DNA from: Cyanophora paradoxa CCMP329
Taxonomy: Eukaryota > Plantae > Glaucophyta
NCBI GenBank assembly: GCA_004431415.1
Contig: QPMI01000482.1
Span: 186,001-250,000 of the forward strand
DNA: 64,000 nt
Reading direction: 5' to 3'
Positions 58,001 through 64,000 of the stretch are shown here, piece after piece. How positions within the stretch are numbered: position 1 is the stretch's first letter; each line of letters opens with the position of its first letter. The notes beneath the pieces were generated by a model. It saw nothing but the letters and a program-made list of their open reading frames with translations. It had not been told where the DNA came from and searched no databases. A program made the translations under genes and the position numbers.

Positions 58001-58369
58001 GCGCGGAAGAGAAGACTCCACAGGCTCGTCGAAGATGACTTCCAGAACGCGGTTCTTTACCCTCGTGAACACGTTCTGCAACTGGCCGAGACCGAGGGCG
58101 TTGCCAGACACATCCGGCTCGGGGACGGATGGCTTGGGCTGCTCGTCCTCAGCCCGCACTGTAAGACGCCTGCTGGCCTCGAATCGCTTGCTCGATTGCA
58201 CCGAGCAGCCGCGGGCGGCCAGGCGCTCGCCCATGAAGCCGCCCTCGCACAGGGTCGCCTGGGACGCGGCGGTGTTCGCGTCTTCGTGCCGGCAGATGCG
58301 GCCCGCTGCATGACGGATGTTGCCGCTGCCCTTGACGGGCGCCTGAGCCCCGGCGACGAACGCGGCCAT
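55074..58369 (-). CDS. HCF173: Host multi-exon plastid-targeted NAD(P)-binding + CIA30 protein, HCF173-like
   Basis: MAAFV start; VLVVGATGAIGRIITRKLLLRNYKVKAYVR; FRVNGDGKTY (CIA30); PYTVVRP. Confidence 0.72.
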
Positions 58370-59332
58370 GCTTTGATATGGGTACAGGCAGCTAACGCCT
58401 GGATTTGCGACCCAGCCCGTGCACGTGACCTCGAACGTTGACGCTCTTTGACGTCGACGCCGCATGCGCAGACTCCGATCAGACGCTCGAGCTCGGACGC
58501 AAATGCGCATGGGCCGCGCGGGTAAACCGGTTCGCAGCGCGCGGGGCTGGCGCGCTCCGAGGCGGGCCGGGCGCGCTCCGAGGCGCGCACGCGCATCCTT
58601 AAGTGGCACTTTTAAGCGCTAGCTGAGCTTTAGTGCCGGAAACGTTTACTTTGGCCGCGCGCCTTGAGGAGCGAGCACGAGCCTTCTCATGATCATGAGG
58701 AGCGAGCACGAGCCTTCTCGAGCTCAATTTACGACAATATTTAATACGTATTCATACATGTCGTCGCAAGCTCTTGTACTAGATCTTTACATGTATACTG
58801 GCACGCTGCCGCGTGGCCCCACCAGTCGGGCCCAAGGCACACAAATGGGATTCTTTTTAAAAGTACACTGTTACGATTTCACTCAAAAGCCTAAAACACG
58901 CGTGATGAGTTACAAAATCCGGACTCGTTATGCTGCGTTCCAAGCGCGCGCTGGAAACTACCGTTCAAAGAAGCATACACGAGGTAACACGCGCTGGGCG
59001 CGACACCTAAATACCGTTGGGAAAGGGCGGGGAGGGGATAAACTGGACGCGCACACAAGCAACTGCCCCAGAATGCGTCCACCTACAGAATCTGCTGAAG
59101 CACTGCGTATATAGTTTCACTCATGATTCACTGTCACTAGCGAAGCGGAATGGGAACCGGGAAACTGGGTCGTCCTAATCTAGAGAAAGCGGCCGCGTGT
59201 CAGGCTCCAGGAAACTAACGACGCGTTGGCAAGCCACGGAAAGGAAAAAGAGGCGGATGTGAATGGAGAGAATCGGGGTAATAGAGTCGTTTTAGGAGGT
59301 TTTCGACGCGCGGCCGAGAAGAGCGCGGCCGT

Positions 59333-61660
59333 TTACATGGACCAGACGTAGCAGAAGCGCATGGACCCGAACCCGTTGAACTGGGAGGCGAGGCTGGAAG
59401 TGTAGGCGCCCATCTCGAGGAAGAAGAGCCACTGGCCGACCTGCGCGGCGGGGTCGATTCGAGGGGATCGGAGGCGCGGAAAAAGAGAAGCGAGAGGAGG
59501 AAGAAACAAGGCGCGGACCTCGAGCTCTGGGAGGAGGAGGCCCTCGCCGATGACGTCGAGCGAGTCGTGGGTGGGGCCGAAGAGGCTGCAGCGGTGCGTG
59601 CGCGCCTCGCGCAGGCTCTCCGCGCTGGTCCCCGGGGGCGCAACGACGTGCGGCAGGAACTCCGCGTTAAGCAGGAGGCGGTCCTTGAACGAGCCGTACA
59701 CCCCGTCCGAGATCCAGTAGTGGAAGTAGACCTGCCGCCCGCCTTCGTGAGCGCGAGGCAAGGCGAGGGCGAGGCGGCGTCGTCCGGGTCACCTTCTCCT
59801 CCTCGGCGAAGACCGCGATCTCGCGCTCGTCGCAGGAGCCGTCCTCCGAGCCGCAGACGGTCGGAATGTCGCTGCCGCCGCACGCTGAGCCCGACCCCGT
59901 GCTGCGTGGCTGCCCGCTCGCCAAGATGACGCCGTCGGAGGAGCCAATCGTGCTCGAGCCGCCGTCCTCGCCATCCGAGCTGGCGGCCAGGGCGCGGGCG
60001 GCCTCAACGATGCAGAGCGAGTCGTCGCTCGCAAAGGTCGCCTCGGCCTTCGCAGGAGGGGCCTCCTTCGCCTTCGCGACGCGCGCGGAGATCTCCGACG
60101 CTGCCTCGCCGATGAAGCGACGCTTTCCGAACACGCTCGCGGCGAGCTGCGGGGCCGGCGGGTGAGCCGCCCGCGAATCGCCGGGGCGGCTTCGGGGAAA
60201 GAGAACGGACCGTGTACGCAGAGCACACGTAGTAGCGACCGGGCTCGGCAATGACTTCGACCGGGGCCGGGAAGAGCTCATCGAGCAGCGGGTTCAGCGC
60301 GGCGCAGATCTCGGAGAAAGAAATGCCGTCCTGGCCCGAGTCCGAGCCTTTCGCGACGCAGTCAGCTCGCCGACGCGTTCGTACTGGCACCGCGCGAGCG
60401 CACCGGGGAAGCCTCCGCCGAGGTCGAGGAGGGTGAACGGCGGGAGGCCGACCTCGACCGCCTTGTCGAACAGCCGGCGGGCCTGGCGAACGGCGTCCAC
60501 GAAGGCGTCGACACTGAAGCAGCCACTGCCGACGTGGAAGCTGCGCTGCCAAGTCACGGGGGACGGAGGGCAGGACATGACGAGAGAGCGAACCTGACGC
60601 CGATGACCTTCAGCTCCAGCTCCTTCGCAAGACGCAGGAGCGACTCGCACTGATCGAAGGGCGCTCCAAACTTCGAGCCCAACGGGATCAAGGAGTGCGA
60701 GTCTTCGGTATACATGCGAAGAACGAGCTCCGCGTCCGGCATCATGCGGGCAAGCTTGTGCAGCTCCGCCGCATTGTCGAACGTCATCGTCTTCACATTC
60801 GCGCTCTGAACGCATCATAAGCGGTCGGGTTGACGACACGTGCGGCACGCGGCGACACCAGGCGCACCTGTGCGAAGCGGACTTGGGGCGCCGCCTTGCA
60901 TGGGTTCGCGAAAATGATACGCGAGGGGTCAACACCGCAGTCGAGGACCTGCGAGCCAGCCCCTCGGCGACGAATCTAGGGAACCATTTCGCTGCGACGC
61001 ATGCCCTGCCTACCTGGAGGATCTCCGTCTTGGACGCACAATCGAAACCCGCACCAAGGGCGGCGAGGGTCTTGATCACGGCCTGATCGGGGTTGCACTT
61101 CACAGCTGCGCGGGTAGGTAAGGTTGGTGCCCAGAAACGGCGGCAACGGGCACGCCCGAGCAACGCCGCGGGGACGCCGCTGGGAGGATCGGAATCCTTA
61201 CCATAAAAGGGCTTGACTCGGGGGAAGAGCTTAAGCCACTGCTGGTGCTTGCGGGCGACCGCCCCCAGATCGACGACATCTTCCCGTCCGTCAGACCGGC
61301 AGACAGGACGCTGGGAGGCGCCTCAAAACTCACAGAATGCCTCATCCCGATTGCGGTTGGGCGTCTCGTCCCGGAGGAACTCGACGACGTCCAGCTTTTC
61401 AATCGGGCGGAGAGGGATGGATTCGGCTAGGTACTCCGGCACACGGGCAACATCTGCCGGGCAAAGCAAGGCAAGACGAGTTCAGCTGAAGGGCGCGGCG
61501 CCGCGGAGACGGGAGGCCGAGGCATGGGTCGAATGAAATCTGGATGCGAGGCAAACTCACCCATTGCGCCGTCCGCGCCGGCGGAGGAGAGGAAGTGGAG
61601 GAGAGAGGGAGAGGAATCATGCTTGCCATTAGCCCCGTTAGTGGCGGGGACGCCGGGCAT
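59333..61660 (-). CDS. ODC: Host multi-exon ornithine decarboxylase-like protein
   Basis: PFY/AVKCN, FDCAS, MTFDN, SKFGA, SFHVGSG, LDLGGGF, AEPGRY, DGVYGSF, MGAYT. Confidence 0.88.
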
Positions 61661-62899
61661 CGTGGTGAGACTTTGAGGAATCGGTCACGATGCCTTCCTG
61701 AGCGAGCGGTCCACGCCGACCGCTTTCCTCACACCGGGATCTCAGCACTCAGGCGGAGGTTCCCGGCTGGCCGCGGCTTTGAACAGGCCCTGCCGATTCG
61801 CATGAGTTTGCGGCACGCGGGTCAGGCGGGAGGGAACGAACGTGGCTTTCGATGAGGAACTCGGCTTCAGAAACACGAGGCATGGTTCATCACGGTTGAG
61901 GGCTGTCGCGCTGTGCGCCGCTGTAATCGCTCTTGTCGATGGGGTATGCGAACTACTGATCGCGTCACCTGTACCCCTGGGATGCACATGGGGGCCATGC
62001 CAGCTGCTGCCACGGACCCACCAGGCAGCCTACTGGCACCAGCTGCTGGCAGCCTACTGCCGCTGCAGTACAAACGCACCGAGCTAACGTGCGCGGCACG
62101 GGCCCCGGCTACTTCGACGCTCGATCGGCCGGCGCCCGGCGGCCGGCGCGGCCGCGGCCGCGCGCGCGCGGGCGCCCGGCCGAATTCGAATTCGAATTCG
62201 AAGGAATGCATGCGCAGTACTAGTCGCGCGCATGCGCATGCGCGCATGCATATGCGCATATGCGCATATATGCATATGCGCACTGCCGCAGGCTACGTAT
62301 ACTAGGCTAGCGCTGCGCATGCGGCGCCGGCACGCCGCGGCGCGCGCGATCGCGAGCGCTCGAGCCGTGGGTCGGGCCGGTTGTGCACATGCGCGCGACT
62401 CGAGCTCATGATCAGCATGCGCAGGGCGAGAGCGCGTCGACGTACGTACGCGTCGAAGTAGGCCGAGATATTGCGATTGATCATGATGGGGTCGACGTGG
62501 CAAAAGTACTTGAAAGTTGCAATTGATATCGATATCGATGCGGCCGACTTCCGAAGTTCCAGAGTTTCGAAGTTCCGCGGGCGTGGCACGAATCAATAGC
62601 CCGCGGCCCGCGGCGCCTTGCCGCGGCCTTGGGCCGTAGGCTCCCAGGCCCGAGGCCCTCCCTTCGCGCGCCACGGCTGCAGCTGCCGGCGCGCCCCTCC
62701 CCACCGGGCAGGACGCCCCGTCGCCCCCCCGCCTCGCACCACGGCCCCCCAATGCATGACCGTACCGAACTGCGAGCGAACCGCTCCTGGCGCACCCTGT
62801 CCCCTCATCCCGCACACCGCCCCGCGCTCTTCACCCGCGCGCCGTAAAGAGCCCGATCGCTTCGCATTCGAATCTGAGTGCCGCAGTGCGAGCACTGAC

Positions 62900-64000
62900 G
62901 GGCCGAAGCGGGGGTACACCGCTCCCTACCCCTACCACCTGTCGGTCTTCTTCTCGCCCTCGAGCCGCCGCTGGTGCCAGCTCTGCGCCCCGCCCGACCG
63001 TCAGAGGAAGGCCCGTCAAGTGGACGAAGGGGCCGGCGCGCCTTCTCCTTCCTGGGGTCCTGCTTGCGCTCGGCGCGGGGATCGTACACGGCGTACATCT
63101 CGAGCTGCTCCCGGTCCGCCAGCTTGTCCTGCAAACGACTCCCCTCGTGAGACACGCACGAGGGCCCCTGGTGTCTCGTGGGCGCACGTGGAGGAACTCG
63201 AGGCGGTGGCTCTTCCAGTCCTCGTCGTCCTCCGGCCCCGCCCCCGCCACGCCGTCCCCCGGCGGGGGCGCCGGCGCCGCCGGCTGCGGCGACGCCGACG
63301 CGGGGCCTGCGGGGCACTCAGGGGAAGAGGAGGAGGAGGAGGAGGGGGGGGGGGGGGGGGAGGGGGAGCGGGGGGCGGGGCGGGGGCACGCACGCTCGTC
63401 CTCGGAGCCGCCAGCGCCGGAGTCGCTGCGGGGGGCCTTCGCGGGCGGCTGCCCCCCCACGAGCTGCTTCTTGAACGCCTCCATCTTCTCCAGCGTCTGT
63501 GCCCCGCGCCCCCGTCAGAGCGCCCGCCCCCGAACCCCCGAGGCGTCGGAGGGCCCGCACGGTGAGCTGCCGGTTGGCCGTTGCGTTGCGCTGCGGGCGC
63601 GGGTCGCAAGGCGCGGGCACGGGGGCACGCGGCAGGCCAGGGGGGCGGCCTGCCTTCTTGTACTTGAGGCGCTGCTGCTCCAGCGGGCTCACGTAGTCCG
63701 TCGGGTCCGCGCGCTGGCGGGGCGCGGCTCGTGAGCCGGGCCGCCCACCCACCCCTCCCCCCCCCCTCCCGGGGGGGTACGGGGAGCACCCTGATCTCGG
63801 CGGGGTTGAGGCGGTCCTCCTTGAAGGCGAGCTGCCCCACCTTCCGCTTCCGCTCCTCCTTCGCCATCTCCGCCAGCTGCCCGCCCCCTCGGCTTGGGGG
63901 GGGGGGGGGGGGGGGGGGGGTAAGGGGGGACCTTCTGCTTCACGTCGGGCTGCTGCTTCTTCCGCGGCTGAGAGGCACCCGCCCCAGAGCCCGAGCTGCG
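62900..64000 (-). CDS. CWC27: 3' part of a spliceosomal CWC27-like gene (partial, end approximate)
   Basis: SPLEQQRLKYKK, TLEKMEAFKKQL, DWKSHRLEF, YAVYDPR resemble the CWC27 C-terminus. Confidence 0.6.

Overview
GC-rich, intron-dense eukaryotic host DNA, probably a glaucophyte-like alga (one gene starts with an MAAFV-type plastid transit peptide), carrying two AT-rich integrated viral/mobile elements. Element 2 (31321-54714, ~23.4 kb) is a complete Polinton-like virus (PLV) with ~575-bp TIRs and a 6-bp TSD (GCTGGA). It encodes pPolB, an rve integrase, an A32 ATPase, a major capsid, two pentons, a patatin, a ~1850-aa S74-chaperone fibre and three HNH-AP2 endonucleases. Element 1 (<1-22744) is a composite with no visible capsid genes that ends in a TIR related to element 2. 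It contains a >=2.7-kb-arm palindrome around one endonuclease gene, a D5 primase-helicase, and five ~310-bp GTTAC/GTAAC iteron blocks separating small cargo genes (three RING paralogues). It also carries a divergent PolB-SF1 helicase-HNH fusion coupled to an integrase and a 159-bp tandem array. Many of its genes are preceded by an AAAAAWTGAC motif like the giant-virus early promoter, suggesting a satellite (transpoviron-like) replicon run by a giant virus. Host genes: GAS2-domain coiled-coil protein, O-methyltransferase, HCF173-like protein, ornithine decarboxylase-like gene with a candidate regulatory uORF, and the 3' part of CWC27. Several viral ORFs are split at homopolymers, most likely by sequencing errors.
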